DNA of 64,000 nucleotides from Octopus sinensis (GCF_006345805.1 NC_043010.1:64604001-64668000); one strand, 5' to 3'. Positions 1-13,215 are shown, counted from the stretch's first letter. Numbers and translations are program-made. Notes: generated by a model not told the origin, from the letters alone.

Positions 1-2330
1 CAGCAAAATAACCAACGTCTAGTGATTTTATTCAGAGAATAGTTAGAGACAATACAAATTCATGTCATCATCCCCCCCAGAACTCTAGTGGGAAAGCTAT
101 CGGGACTCACACCTCAGTTGCTTTTAATTTTGCTTCTAAGTGCTCTGATATGCAGGACGTCAAGAGATATAATGGATAGAGTGTGCAGGAGGTTTGCTTC
201 ACAGATGCTGTCCAGATTAACCATACTTGCATTGCTGAAAGCAGAGCAGTATTGCTTCTGCAGAATCTCACCCATGGCTTTTCGCTTACTTAAGAGAATG
301 TTGTCCTCATCAATCAAAGGTTCAGCGAATGCTACAGCGACCATTTTCTTTTTGGCAAAGGAGTAGAACACTTTGGGATTGAATCGATTTATATTAGATT
401 GCATTACTTGATTCCAGAAAAACTCTATCAGTCAAGTACGCCTGTCGCTGATGCCAATACTTTAGTCGCTCGATTTTTGACTCATCCTTTTTAGTTTCTT
501 TATTAGGGTTTTTATATATTTTTTGCTTATAATTAGTTTGGTTCATGGGCTGTTATGGAGAGTATCGTCAATATGTATTTGCGACAGTGTCCTCAAATAG
601 CTTCCAGGATGTATTGATGCTATTTGGGGCGAGAGAATAAACGAAAGATGAGTCAGTGAATGAAAGATCCTGAGTGATTGCATTCCATTGTGAAGATCCA
701 TGCGGTCAAAGAGTGTTGTGGTGAGAAATCAGATTTGGCTGACGGATTCCCACATTTCAGAGAACCTTGTTATGGTCGGAAAGAAGAGTCTTTTTCCTCT
801 GCAATATTACAGACAGTGTCAGTGTGGTTACTAAACATTAAGTCCAATAGGTTTTTGCTAAGCTCGTTGGCTCTAGCATGAGTTGGAAAAGGAAAAATTA
901 GTCAATAAAGTGACTCCACTGATGCGTTGTCTTGGACTGAATTGCAGATACCTGCTTTCAAGTTATAAATAGACTAGACAACGCAGGGGAAATTGAAATC
1001 ACCTACCATTAAAAAGATACCAGACTGACACAGTTGAATAAAGGATTAACATTGTTAAGACATTCTTTGAAGAATAGTAAAGGCGATTGTGATGGCCTGT
1101 AGAGAACAATTATAAGAAAATCATTGGTTTTGTTATACGGAAGTAATGATACACAGTAAACATTGGTGCATGAAACATTTGTAATTGCAGTGAATGAGTC
1201 TTGTAGTAAAACGGCAAATCCTCTCTTTCTTCTGCCGTTGCGATCTGCACGGGTCACAGTGATATTCCTCACTGGTCGGTAACCCAGTGTTAAATCTTTT
1301 ATCCCTTCGCATTGAAGGATGAACTGATGGCTTGTGCATTCAGCAGAAATTCTGAGATTAGAGTAGTGGCTTGATTAGACTTTTTCAAGGGTCTCGAAAG
1401 TGACTTATGTTTTAATATCAGCGAAAAGAGCAGATATTGTGTCGAGGGTAATAACAACGACAATGTGTGACAGTGGAAACATTTATCTGAATCTTTTTTG
1501 CTAGCTTTCGGGTGGATAAGAAAGAATAATTTGTCTGGTTAAGGAATATTTGGTGGATAAAGCTGTGGTTACATTGGCGGTTTTGTCGTTTGTTTGTTTT
1601 GTTTTTGTTGCTATAGGATGATCTCCAGTTTACTGAGTTGTTGACAAGGTTTGTGCTGGGTCTGTTGATTTTATTCTTGTTTCTGTTGGATGCTTCGTTA
1701 TTTCCTTATTAGTGGGGAAATCACGTGACGGTAGAGCTGCGGCTGAATATGTTTTTATGAAGCTTCTGATGTTGGCTAGGAGATTGTACTTCGATTCCTG
1801 GAAGATGTGTGAGCGTACAATAGTGCTGTAGATATAATATCTCGCGTTGGGGACAGCAGCAGATTTTAGGGGAATCATTTCATTTGGGTTTTTGTGCGTC
1901 TGTTGTTTTGGTGTGTCTGTAAATCAAGCATCTTGCTCCAGGCTGGTGGTTGAAATTGCAGTCATCGTAAAGAATAGCGTCATATTTTTGGATTTCGACT
2001 TAAATGTGTGGAAAGAGAGGCAGTGGACTAAATAAAATTGGGTTTAGTAAAGGTTTGACGTTGGGGGAAAACTGACATTGAAGAGGGAAATGGAGTTGTT
2101 GAGTTTCGTCAGAGTCGAGATAGTAGTAGTGGTGGTTGTGGTGGTATGTGTGTTTGGTAGTATTGATAAATGTTGGGATGTAGTGGTGGTGGGAAAAAGA
2201 GAAATCAGGAGTAACTGAGGGTGGTTACTGCTAGTTGTAGTAGTAGTAGATGAAGGGGCATGGAAGATAATGACAGTGTTGGTGATAATGACGATGTTGA
2301 TGATGGTGTTAAGTCTTAATATATGATCTA
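1..2330 (-). mobile_element. Degenerate APE-type LINE (CR1/L2-group-like): Zn-finger/low-complexity 5' part, APE endonuclease, linker, start of RT; runs off the window edge
   Basis: Minus frames give RADRNGRRKRGFAVLL...IIVLYRPS (APE motifs, ORF 1009-1272) and NPKVFYSFAKKK...PLIDEDN...MGEILQKQYCSAF (EN-RT linker, ORF 114-404). SPDSFP (a GPDGFP-like motif) lies near 90-110 and a C-x-FNH-like motif near 1900-1990. Many stops and frameshifts. Confidence 0.75.
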
Positions 2331-3313
2331 TTTAGCATCATGCTGAGTTATTTGTGGCAGGAATTGCTGTTGTACTTGGTACAGCTGTCGTGTGGATTGT
2401 TGTAGTTGTTGCTTGTCATCTTGGCTAGGTGGAAAGATTTGAGTGAGTTTACCCATGTAGCTACGATGTGAAGTAGAAAGCTATTTCAGTTTGTTTTGTA
2501 CTTGTCTCCTTCCCTTGGTGGTTATTAAAAAAGAGGAACAACTGTTTGAGCATTGAGATTTAAACGTGAGCTATTGTTGCTTTCAAGCTCAGAAAGAATG
2601 ATTAATACGTTAATGCGAATGTTTATTTCCTTAAATTGCTAAAAGAAAAAAGAAAATTACTGACGATTGGTCGCGCAAGGCACGAGAACGTGCAATGACG
2701 TTCCTGGGATGACATCGACCAACGGAGCAGCAACAGACAGCGAGCTTCCGTAGTTTGCCGGCAGATGGAGGGGGTCACGCGATTGCGGCAGGAAACGCGA
2801 TGACAACGTCGTCTGCCCGGAAGAGAGTTGAAGCTCAGTCCCGACAAAGACAGTGGTGTTGGACTAGGAGGCCACAGTTACGCCAACATCTCGAGCTCGG
2901 TGGTTGCCGGAGCGCAATGTGGTGTGCACCAAGGACAGCGAAGGCGAGGTCGCTCACATGCGGACGGACGAGGTATCGGCGGCATATTGAGGAGTCGAAG
3001 GCCTTGTATGGTCAGACCAGCGGCGATTATTGTGAACGGGTTGTGTTGGCATTGTAGCGCTTCTTTGCTTTTCTATTGTTGTTGTTTTTGGAGTGCTTCT
3101 CATTATTCATCTGTGTGGCTCTTCATCTGTTCGGATCTTATTCATGCCAAAATAGAAAAATGTTGATGCTAAGTAGTTTGTGCTTAAATATGAAATATAG
3201 GTATAGGTATAAAAAGTAACAATAGTAAATAAAATCAGCCAAGAATTTGTTATGTGTAGTATTGTACGGAAATAGACAAGGATATTCGTGGACGTTACAA
3301 TTTGAGTAATCTG

Positions 3314-3907
3314 AAGGCGGCGAGCTGGAAGAAACGTTAGCACACAGGGCGAAATGCTCAGCGGTATTTCATCTGTCTTTACGTTCTGAGTTCAAATTCC
3401 GCCAAGGTCGACTTTGCCTTTCATCCTTTGGGGTAGATAAATTTAGTACCAGTTGCATACTCGATCGATCTAATCGACTACCCCTCCCACCAAAAAATTT
3501 GGGCCTCGTGTCTTGAGCCGAAAAGAATATTGAGAAATTTGTAAAGCGTAGCCGTATTTCGTCTGCCGTTACGTTCTGAGTTCAAATTCCGCCGAGGTCG
3601 ACTTTGCCTTTCATCCTTTCGGGGTTGATAAATTAAGCACTAGTTACGCCCCAGGGTCGATGTAATCGACCTAATCCGTTTCTCTGTCCTTGTTTGTTCC
3701 CTCTGTGTTTAGCCTCCTGTGGGTAGTACAGAAATAGGTATTTCGTCTGCCGTTACGTTCTGAGTTCAAATTCCGCAGAGGTCGACTTTGCCTTTCATCC
3801 TTTCGGGGTCGATAAATTAAGTACCAGTTGCGTACTGGAGTCGATGTAATCGACTGATCTCCTCCACAAAAATTTAGGGCCTTGTGCCAACAATAGAAAA
3901 GAATATT
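3314..3907 (+). mobile_element. tRNA-derived SINE family A, concatemeric (three core units)
   Basis: Head aaggcggcgagctgg...gttagc with B-box-like gagttcaaattcc. The core gtcgactttgcctttcatcctttcggggtcgataaattaagtaccag occurs three times (about 3365, 3556, 3740). The same family recurs at 19652, 40312, 43729 and 54360. Confidence 0.9.
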
Positions 3908-4559
3908 GATAAATGTGTGGTTAAAATATTCTATAAAATTGTGTGTATTCGTTTATAGGAATATTGTGTGTTTACGAATATCTGTCGGTAGGATATTGTG
4001 TAGTTATGGTACAAATAGCAAATAAAAATTGGAGAGTTCAGAGATTCAGAATAATACAGATGCTTATGGCTTTTTTGTATAGTTGTTGGCGAGTAGCCTG
4101 GGAAAACGTGTCTATACCGTTCATCTCCTTAGTATTCAAATTTTAAACCAGATATTAATATTTACTGCTGACCACATAACGTTAATAGATGTGCTTAAAT
4201 ATAATATAAAAACTTCGGAGCAATAAGCAGTTAGTATCCTCTTCTTTGTATTATAATATATCCTGGGCTAAATGATTTAACAAAGACACAATTAGGCTCA
4301 GGACTTTACGCAGCACGAGCACAGTTACATTGGAGAGTGTTCTCTTAAACTGCGGTGTTTAGTTTTTTAATTTATGTTACTTGGAAAATCTATGAATGCT
4401 GGTGGAATTGGGTTTCACAATTTCTTGTGTGTGTGTGTGTGTGTGTGTGTGTATTAAAGTATAATGTAGGAAAGCCCATTGCATCCGATGTGAGGATGGA
4501 ACTTGGAAAAGATAAATAATAAACATGGTTTAAATGATTGACACAGTGGACCAGTATTT

Positions 4560-4889
4560 ATTTATGTCGTTTTACATTCCAAGTTCATCTCCACCCCTCG
4601 ACCGAACTAACCTTGATTTCCATCCTTTCAGTGAGTATCGATACAATAGGTACCAGTAATATATTCTAAAGTCTATACAGTAAATTACATAACTTTTGCT
4701 AACAAATCGGAGATATGTTATTCTCGTGCGTACAGAATATACTGGTTTCAAATCTTGGTACAAGGCCAGCAATTTTGGGGGAGGGTGCACTATCGACCTC
4801 GGCGGTATTTGAACCCCAAACATTAGTTGGGTGAAATATCGCTAAGCATTTTGACCGGAGTGCTAACCGCTCAGTCGGCTCACCACCTT
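4560..4889. mobile_element. Two degenerate SINE family A fragments (core on +, head on -)
   Basis: ttccatcctttcagtgagtatcgatacaataggtaccag near 4618-4657 on +; tcgacctcggcggtatttgaacc...ctcaccacctt at 4793-4889 on -. Confidence 0.7.
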
Positions 4890-5039
4890 GCAAAATATAT
4901 TACATTGCTTATTTCTGTATGTCAGTCTTTCTATTTTGTTAGATTCCTATGACTGTATCAATGCTTTAGTATATTGCGGTATCGTAATGGTAAGGTTCTT
5001 CTCATACGTCTAATTGAGGGCGAAATTATAAAGTACATC

Positions 5040-6762
5040 GACGGAGGAGACATCAGCAGAAATATTTAAGGCCGGTCGCAGCTGTCGATAATTTCAAGAA
5101 GAGGTCTGGTGTTCAAATCGTTGTCAGGTATGGAAAAGCAGCGAGCTCTGACACGAAGGCAACTGAGGATTTCGTGCATGAATTCAGTCAGCTCATCGTA
5201 GCCGAGGGGTACATCGCACAAAAGGTATTCAGCTGTGATGAAACTGGCCTTTTTTGGAAGGAAATACCTAGAAGAAACTACATAACTGCAGAGGAGAAAG
5301 AACTGCCACGCCACAAGCCTATGACAGTCCAACTCTTGCCATTTGTGACAATGCAAGTGGAGACTTGAAGATTAAGCCGCTCATTTTCTACCATTCCGAA
5401 AACCCACAAACGTTCAAGTTGCACAAAATTCTGAAGGAGAAGCTGCAGGTCATGTTGAGGTTGAACATTAAAGCCTGGGCCACCAGGGAATTCTTCACCC
5501 AGTATGTGAACCTTATCTTCGGAGCAGCAGTGAAAACGTACTCTCTGGAGAACGACCTTCCTCACAAGGCCCTCCTCATCTTCGGCAATGCTCCTGCTCA
5601 CCCTCTTAACTTCAAAGATGATATCCTGGACAAATCTGAATTTATGAGTTATGTACATTTCACGCAACACCATCCCTAATTTGCCGCCCATAGACTAACA
5701 GGTGATTTCTAATTGTAGGAAATAGTACACCAAACACCGGTTTCGTCGGTACTTTGAAGTCACCGAAAATACAAATCTAACCATTCGTGAGTTTTGGAAA
5801 GAGCACAACAACATTGTTTACTGGCTGAAAATCATCGATATGGTTTAGCAGATTGTAACGAGGAGAACACTGAATTCTACAAAAAGAAACTGTGGACTGA
5901 CTGTGTATCCGAAAGAGATTTCAAAGGGTTTGAGTCTGAGACATCTGTAGTCGAGGAGATAGTGTCTCTTGACAAGTCCATGGGCCACGAGGTAGATGAT
6001 GAGGACATTAACGATCTCATCAAGGAACACTCAGAGAAGCTGACAACAGATGAACTCCCTCAGCTTCATGAACAACAGCATTCGGATGTGGTGTAAGAAT
6101 TTGGTTCCCGGAGTAGGAGTGTGTTGCAGAAATGGTTATCTCTACGGGTGACTTCAAGGCTGTGTTGGCAAGTAGCAGTATGTTTCTGAATCTGTAGTAA
6201 AATATCAGCCTGAATAAGCATATACAAGCCGTGCAGCTGCTTTATCTAATGATACTGGTCTGGCACATTTTCTTAACATTTTGAAATGCAGGAAAAAGCA
6301 GACTTCTCTTGATATGTTTCTAAAGAAACGACCTCCAAGTGTGAAACGTAAAGAAAGTGTCCAAAAGACCTAAATTAAGCGAAGTGAGGCAGAAAACACC
6401 CCTCAAATCTCAATGGAAGGAAATTCTCCTTCCAAACAATAATCCTCCTCCTCTGGTCTATCGTCTTCCTCGCGCACACAGCGTCCTATCATTAAAGTAA
6501 TTGAATTAATAAAATCAGTTTACATATTTCTTTTGCCTTCTCTTTTATCATGTTTTTACAATTGTCATTTCCCATGTAACTTCACCTTTTCAGTTTTAAA
6601 ACCCATAAAAAATATTTTGGCGTGATTTGAGGGAGGGGCTGGAACGGATTAATTATATTTTAATTAATTTCAAAATTGGGGAAAATTGATTTGTAAAACG
6701 AGTAAATCGAAACACGAGCTCGGCCATGGAACGAATTAAACTCGAAATGCGAGGTATGACTG
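5040..6762 (+). mobile_element. Tigger/pogo-family DNA transposon, 5'-truncated and inactive
   Basis: EGYIAQKVFSCDETGLFWKEIPRRNYITAEEKELPRHKPM and ALLIFGNAPAHP are pogo/Tigger DDE motifs. The 3' TIR cgaggtatgactg ends at 6762 and is followed by TA. Confidence 0.9.
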
Positions 6763-7453
6763 TATAAATTTAATCTAATAATATTCAATTTAAAATCTTC
6801 ATTAATCAGTTATTTTGAGGAGAGCAAATTGTACATCATAATTGTATATTCATCTCGATTTCCCCAAACAATATTTTCTACAGCAAATATAGAAATGTGT
6901 TTTAGAATCCAATGTAAAATAAGTCTGCGCTAAAAATTCGGCCAGATGTAAAATTGAAGAAAATTATTCAAGATAAAAGAGTATCGGCTTCTTTTTTTTT
7001 TGCACGAGGTCAGCAGGTTCGGAGAAGGGGGATAGTTGATTACATGGAGTCCAATATTCAGCTGGTACTTATTTTATGGACTCCGAAAAGTAGAGACGAA
7101 CCCGGCGCTATTTGCACTCAGAACGTAATAGTGAAAGAAGTGCAGTAGCAATTTTACCAGTTCGCAACCTCAAGCTATAGGAATACAATAGCTTTGTCGA
7201 TATCCTTACCAGATGTTTTACGTATATTTTCTTTACAAATGTTAAGTTTTTGCATTAAAACAGTCATTTCCCATTCGGTAAATAAGGGCGATACATAAAT
7301 AAACGTTTTACAAGGTATACACTGCATTTATGTTATTATGTACAAAAAATGCGGTCTACATAAATGTGTGACTGTTTCATAAGTTATACTTTCAAGATAC
7401 ATTATACTAAAATCTTTTTACACTTTATTAATTCTGACTTTTATATTTTCCAG

Positions 7454-7714
7454 TTAATATTGCTCAAGGTCAAACTACACAGCAAACAAGTATATATGGA
7501 ATAAAAGGAACTACAGTCTTCCATAATGGAACTTGTGAAAAAATGAATATATCGATGGCATCCGACAAAGCAGTTGACGGAAATTTTGATCCTGGATTCA
7601 CGCATAAATCATGTGCAAGTACTGACTGGGGAAAAGATCCATATTGGCAAGTGATGTTTGATAAACCATACACGATATACCAACTGAGAATATATAATCG
7701 AATGGGAAATAATC
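7454..7714 (+). CDS. Internal coding exon: N-terminal two-thirds of an F-type lectin (fucolectin/FTP) domain
   Basis: Acceptor ttatattttccag|TT and donor AATC|gtaagt; 261 bp, phase 1-1, open frame. Translation xNIAQGQTTQQTSIYGIKGTTVFHNGTCEKMNISMASDKAVDGNFDPGFTHKSCASTDWGKDPYWQVMFDKPYTIYQLRIYNRMGNN has the NxA..Q.S / A.KAVDGN / C / PYW.V / IYNR pattern of FTLDs. Confidence 0.88.
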
Positions 7715-8224
7715 GTAAGTATTGTTAAAAAGTTATTAATGTTGTCGGTTCGTCTCAGTTTATCTTGATTCAGCAGGATTATTTTCGAAAGTGTTCCAGC
7801 CGTGACTCTCCTGTCATTTTAATGACAGTATCGTGCGTTTTGACAGAAAGTTTGTTTGCTAGTTCTAACGATTCCAGTGGCCGATTAAAAGAATCTTCGT
7901 TGGCTCACAATACATTTGTTTATTTATGTTGACACAGTGTATATAAATATTATATAGCAAGTTAAAAGAATATTATTATTGTTGATGAAATTTGATTTGT
8001 TTTTTATAATGGAAATGAGTTTTGTTTTCTCTTTACTTTGAACATCAGAAGGGACCAACGTGTGATTGATGAAAACGTTGTATTGTTTTAATAATATGGC
8101 GGCTATGACCTCGCCAACAAAATTTCCTTTCGGTCTGTAACTCCTCTAATTGCTAGTGCAATACTTCACTTTAGAGTGTAAGGGTTTTGGTGGCTTTCGT
8201 ATCTATTTTTATGGTCGCGCCATT

Positions 8225-8830
8225 ATTAAACCGATTGTTTGTAATACAGTATTATAGCAGCCAGAGTTGAATATAATGTATTCATATTTAAAAAGAAATG
8301 TTCATGCATTTGTGTATAACTACATGTGTATGCACACAGGTGCACACGCGCACATACACATGCATAACTAGAAAAGCACTCGGAGAGAGCAGATCTTCGC
8401 CAAACCAGCAGGAGCAGCACTACGACGTCAACGTTGACGACGACGACCACCACTACCACCATATCACAATCACCACAACAACTATCCTACCTCTATCACC
8501 AACATCAACAACGGCATTGTCATTGCTTCCACTTCAACCGCATACACCGCCATCAACGTTATCATGACGATTACCTTGACAGTCAATTTCACCACCACAA
8601 CCAGTATAACTACTACAATACCACCATTACGCAACTAACACTATCATCAACACCACTATTACCACCATCATCTCAGCGTCACACATAACACCGCTCCTGT
8701 CGCCATTATAAACACCGATACTATTTTATCCTCCTCCGATATTTATCTCGATCATCGTCATCATCAACACTGTCTCTGCTTTCACCACAATCACCGTCAA
8801 AACTTCGATCATCACAATCAGTTTCTTTAC
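8225..8830. repeat. Cryptic CAC/CAT/ACC trinucleotide-rich low-complexity tract
   Basis: Runs of caccac, catcat and acaac; explains the Thr/His-rich ORFs at 8298-8688. Confidence 0.8.
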
Positions 8831-9149
8831 ACAGTGGAAATTCCATTATCCGATACTCATGGGACCGAGATTGTTGCAGATGTTTGATTTTTCTAATTTC
8901 GGAATGCTTTATTATAAAAAAATTTTTTAATTGCATCTACAAAACGGAACAGTTTGCGGATAGAAACCAGGTCTAAACACAATAGCTTATAGACATACTC
9001 TGAATGTAGTTCTATATAAATATTTAATAATTTTGTTTTATACTTAAGATCATCAGAAATGTTAAGATATCAGCCTCTACCCTTTGATTAAAATGTTACA
9101 GCATAGATTAGATTACTTAGATAAGTTTCGGTCGATGTTGACTCAGGCC

Positions 9150-9560
9150 ATGTCTAAGTTAATAGAACCACCTAGTAGAGATACGGTCAGCTCTGGGGAA
9201 CCGTAGCCCATTCAAAGAGAGGTTATTTTTTACAGAGACATATCTGGGTGTGGGTTGTTTATCTGGTATTTGTTGAGGGTAATCATCTAGGGATCGTTTG
9301 AATGCCGTGAAGTCAGTTTCCGCCTTTATGTGTGTCTGGCATGATGTTGAAGAGACCAGGGCCAATTGAGGTAAAATAGTGTTGTGATAGGACACGAACA
9401 TTTCTGTAGTGGACGGATGTCACGAATTTTAAAGATTGGCAATGTGGATGGAATATTTTCCACATCATACACATGATATAGAACTCACAGCGGCGGTGGA
9501 GGGAGCAAAGCCTGAGTTTTTTGAGTCGATCCCAATCGTCAAGGCTTGTCATGTGATCAT
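9150..9560 (-). mobile_element. LINE 3' end fragment (CR1/L2-group RT C-terminus)
   Basis: WDRLKKLRLCSLHRRCEFYIMCMMWKI, HYFTSIGPGLFNIMP and FKRSLDDYPQQIPDKQPTPRY match typical L.YW.RLK.L.L.SL.RRR.R and GP.LFN..P tails. Confidence 0.8.
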
Positions 9561-9956
9561 CCGCAGACCTCCGCCAAGCAGCTCATTTTAAGATAGATGC
9601 GCCAGTAAAATAACTAATAGAGAAAGAAAATAAACTTTGGAAAGTTTGGAGATAATCAAAGAACGTAACATTGCAATACTTCATATAAAGTAAATATAAC
9701 AAATGAAAAATCCTTCAAGAATCCATAAAAAATGCCGGATCACTACCAAAGTTTAATCATCATTACCATCTTTGTGTTATTACTTTCTTTTCCTCCTCAT
9801 TACCATCTTTTCCTGCAAGTTTCATCAAATACTGTTCAAAACTTTCTGAGTTATTTTGCACACAGACGGACAGACGGACAAATGAACGCCAATGAAAATA
9901 TAACCTCCTTCCTTGGCGGAGGTAATTATATGTACATTTGTATATAAAATTGTAAT

Positions 9957-9991
<35 letters not shown>

Positions 9992-10039
9992 GGTATGTAT
10001 ACTTTTTATATGTGTGTCTGTGTCTGTGCGGGCGTGTAT

Positions 10040-10146
10040 ATGTGCAAGTACTGACTGGGAAACAGTTCCATATAGGCAAGTGATGTTTGATAAACCATAC
10101 ACGATATCCCAACTGATAATATGTAATCGAATGGGAAATAATCGTA
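10040..10146 (+). pseudogene. Partial duplicate of the 3' half of the F-type lectin exon
   Basis: 100 of 107 nt identical, ungapped, to 7611-7717. Reads CASTDWETVPYRQVMFDKPYTISQLIICNRMGNN. It has no acceptor, abuts a TG-type microsatellite, and the donor is changed to gtatac. Confidence 0.85.
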
Positions 10147-11003
10147 TACTAACAATGCACCTCGACATTGCCTGGGTGTTATGGCCTACAGTCACATCGT
10201 ATTATTTGTTTCTTCCTTATGGGCAGAATCGGCACAGCTGATATATAGTGAAGTGGATGAATGGCGTAATGAAGTTAAAGATTGTTTAAAAGTGAAGTGA
10301 GGAGGATACAATTTGCATGGGGTGCAGGAGAGTGCTTTCTGTTCTTAAGAAGAATCACAAACTATGTATTGTTCCATCATATAAAGGGGCTTAATACGAT
10401 TTTAGCCAGAGATAACGTTTTCAAAATATCGTCTCCCCTGCCTGGTCCCCACCGCAATTTCTTAATTTGTAACTTTTTTCATTTTTTTTTTATCCTCGTA
10501 GAAAAACATTGAGATCACGAATCTGGGAAATATATATTATTTTTTAAAGTTAAATTTTCTTAAAGAAACACTGAATTCCCCTACCCCCACCTCAAAAAGC
10601 TAAACTCTCCCAATGTTTCACTTTCATGTGATGTTTCACGCATGCGTAGAATTATACTGATATAGCAGATATAAAAAATATCAGATCACTACCAGAAAAC
10701 CCGACATGCTAGGCACAAATCTTAATCTCCTACATCGAAAACATAGGAATCGAAAGAAATTTCGAAAAAAAAATAAGGAGTAGGGGGGTGGTGCAAATAT
10801 CACCTTGGACTGCTAGTAAGAACAGGTAAAGGAGAGGATTTCTGAGTAAACTTCCTTTAATATCGAAGATAGGTTTTTTTTTAAATACGCTCAAAACAAG
10901 CAAATTACAGAATACAAATAAGGTCATTGCAATTGAATTTGAGCTGTAATTTTGCGTGTGCTCCCAGCAACAAATAATATAATTCGTACAGAAATTTTAC
11001 ATA

Positions 11004-11112
<109 letters not shown>

Positions 11113-11123
11113 TGTGTGTGTGT

Positions 11124-11322
11124 AAATGTGTATATAAGTTGTCAATTCGCTCTTATGGGATCATGAACATCCGTAAAAAAGTTATTTCTTTATGCTTTGA
11201 AGAGAGCAGAAACTGTAAGAGGCCAGAAAGTGAAAAAGCAACATTTGTTTGAAGTGAGAGCAGAAAATGAAAGAGAAGAGAAAGTGAAAAATGCATGTAC
11301 GTGTATATGAAATAGACATAAA

Positions 11323-11353
<31 letters not shown>

Positions 11354-11568
11354 GTTTGTGTGTGTGTGTAAATGTGTATATAAGTTGTCAATTCGCTCTT
11401 ATGGGATCATGAACATCCGTAAAAAAGTTATTTCTTTATGCTTTGAAGAGAGCAGAAACTGTAAGAGGCCAGAAAGTGAAAAAGCAACATTTGTTTGAAG
11501 TGAGAGCAGAAAATGAAAGAGAAGAGAAAGTGAAAAATGCATGTACGTGTATATGAAATAGACATAAA

Positions 11569-11610
<42 letters not shown>
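11124..11610. repeat. Perfect direct tandem duplication, period 246 bp, bounded by (TG)n
   Basis: 11124-11325 and 11370-11571 appear identical base for base. Confidence 0.9.
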
Positions 11611-11647
<37 letters not shown>

Positions 11648-12139
11648 TTGTGTGTTGATATCTATATATTTTTTGCATGTATGCGTAAGTGGCACTCACT
11701 CTCTCTACACACAGGCATTATCTTTCATATACACGTATATAAATACATATGCATACACCTTTTTGCACGTTTCCGAGGTTGTTTTAGTAGTAAAAAAGAG
11801 TTGTTGATCCAAAAATATAGTTTATTTGGTAGCCCTTATATACATATAGATGACAAGCAGCGTTCTTTATTATAGTACAGATGTGACAAATTCAGAGAAA
11901 CATTTATTATTGACTTAGTAATTTTGGTTCAAATTGAAAGTGTAAAACTATAGCTGGTTACTGAGATAATGTAGAAAATATGTAAATGAAAATAAAGCTT
12001 ATTTGGTAGCCAAAGGATTACTGAATCTTTTGATACCACATACCTCAAACTCGGCAACGCCGTTTTCAAATGCATAAGGAAAACACACACACACACTCTT
12101 TTACAAATATATATCTTTTATAGTTATAGATATACTGTA

Positions 12140-12398
12140 TACATATATATATATATATTTATTTATTTATATATACGAATGCATGTACTCAGAGTTCATA
12201 TTTTTACATTCATACTGCTTTAGTTGAGATTGTTCACCACACACACACATATATATATGTGTGTGTGTGGATGCACGTATGTATTTATATATGTATATAT
12301 ATGTAATATGTACGTATATATATGTATGTATGTATGAATATATATGTATGTATATATATATATATGTATATATATATGTATATATATATATGTATATA

Positions 12399-12462
<64 letters not shown>

Positions 12463-12545
12463 ATATATATGTATGTATATATATGTATATATATGCATGT
12501 ATGTATGTATGCATGTACGTGTCTATATCTGTTCGTGTATATATA
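12140..12545. repeat. (AT)n/(ATGT)n compound microsatellite
   Basis: Directly visible. Confidence 0.95.
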
Positions 12546-13094
12546 TTTAAATAAAGAGGGAGAGGGAATCAAAAGGCGTTATTTAGAGCAGCCAGGTCTA
12601 ATGGAGTCAAAAAAGTCATAATACCATTATACTAATCGACCGTCTAATACAAATGCCCTTATTAAGCTTGTCAATTAGATTAATCCTTGACGGAGAATAG
12701 CACGAAAATAGAATCTTCTACTGTACGGACTTTGAAGGATATATGGTAAAAACTAAAAGTGACTGAGTTTGTTCCCAATGGTGAAATCAAATAATCATAT
12801 ATAATTAGCCTTAATTAAAATATTATCAATATACAATAAAAAAGAATGGAATTAGCTTAACACAAGCCGAACATACATTGAGTAACTTGATAGAGAGTTC
12901 GAGAGAATCTTTACATAGAGTCAATCAACCTTGTTACTTTCAATGGCATAAAACTAATTCACTATGCATACCACGAATGCAACCCTGTACTACGTACTTT
13001 CTAAACACCAACAACACAAACCTAAAACCTTGAACGTTGTTACAAATACGGGGTCCAAGAATCGCTGTTGAAACTGAAGAAACACGTCTAAACC

Positions 13095-13215
13095 TTTTCG
13101 TATAGATTTGGTTTCCCCTTTAGAGCCAGGAATTTAGTTAACTCTGACGAATTGTTAACACCCTATAGTACTCAACTAAGACCCACAGTGGAATATTGCT
13201 CGCATCTTTAGCTTA
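13095..13215 (+). mobile_element. Short LINE RT C-terminal fragment
   Basis: FPFRARNLVNSDELLTPYSTQLRPTVEYCSHL resembles LFRA...S.DQLL.LY..Q.RP.LEYCSH.W. Confidence 0.65.
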
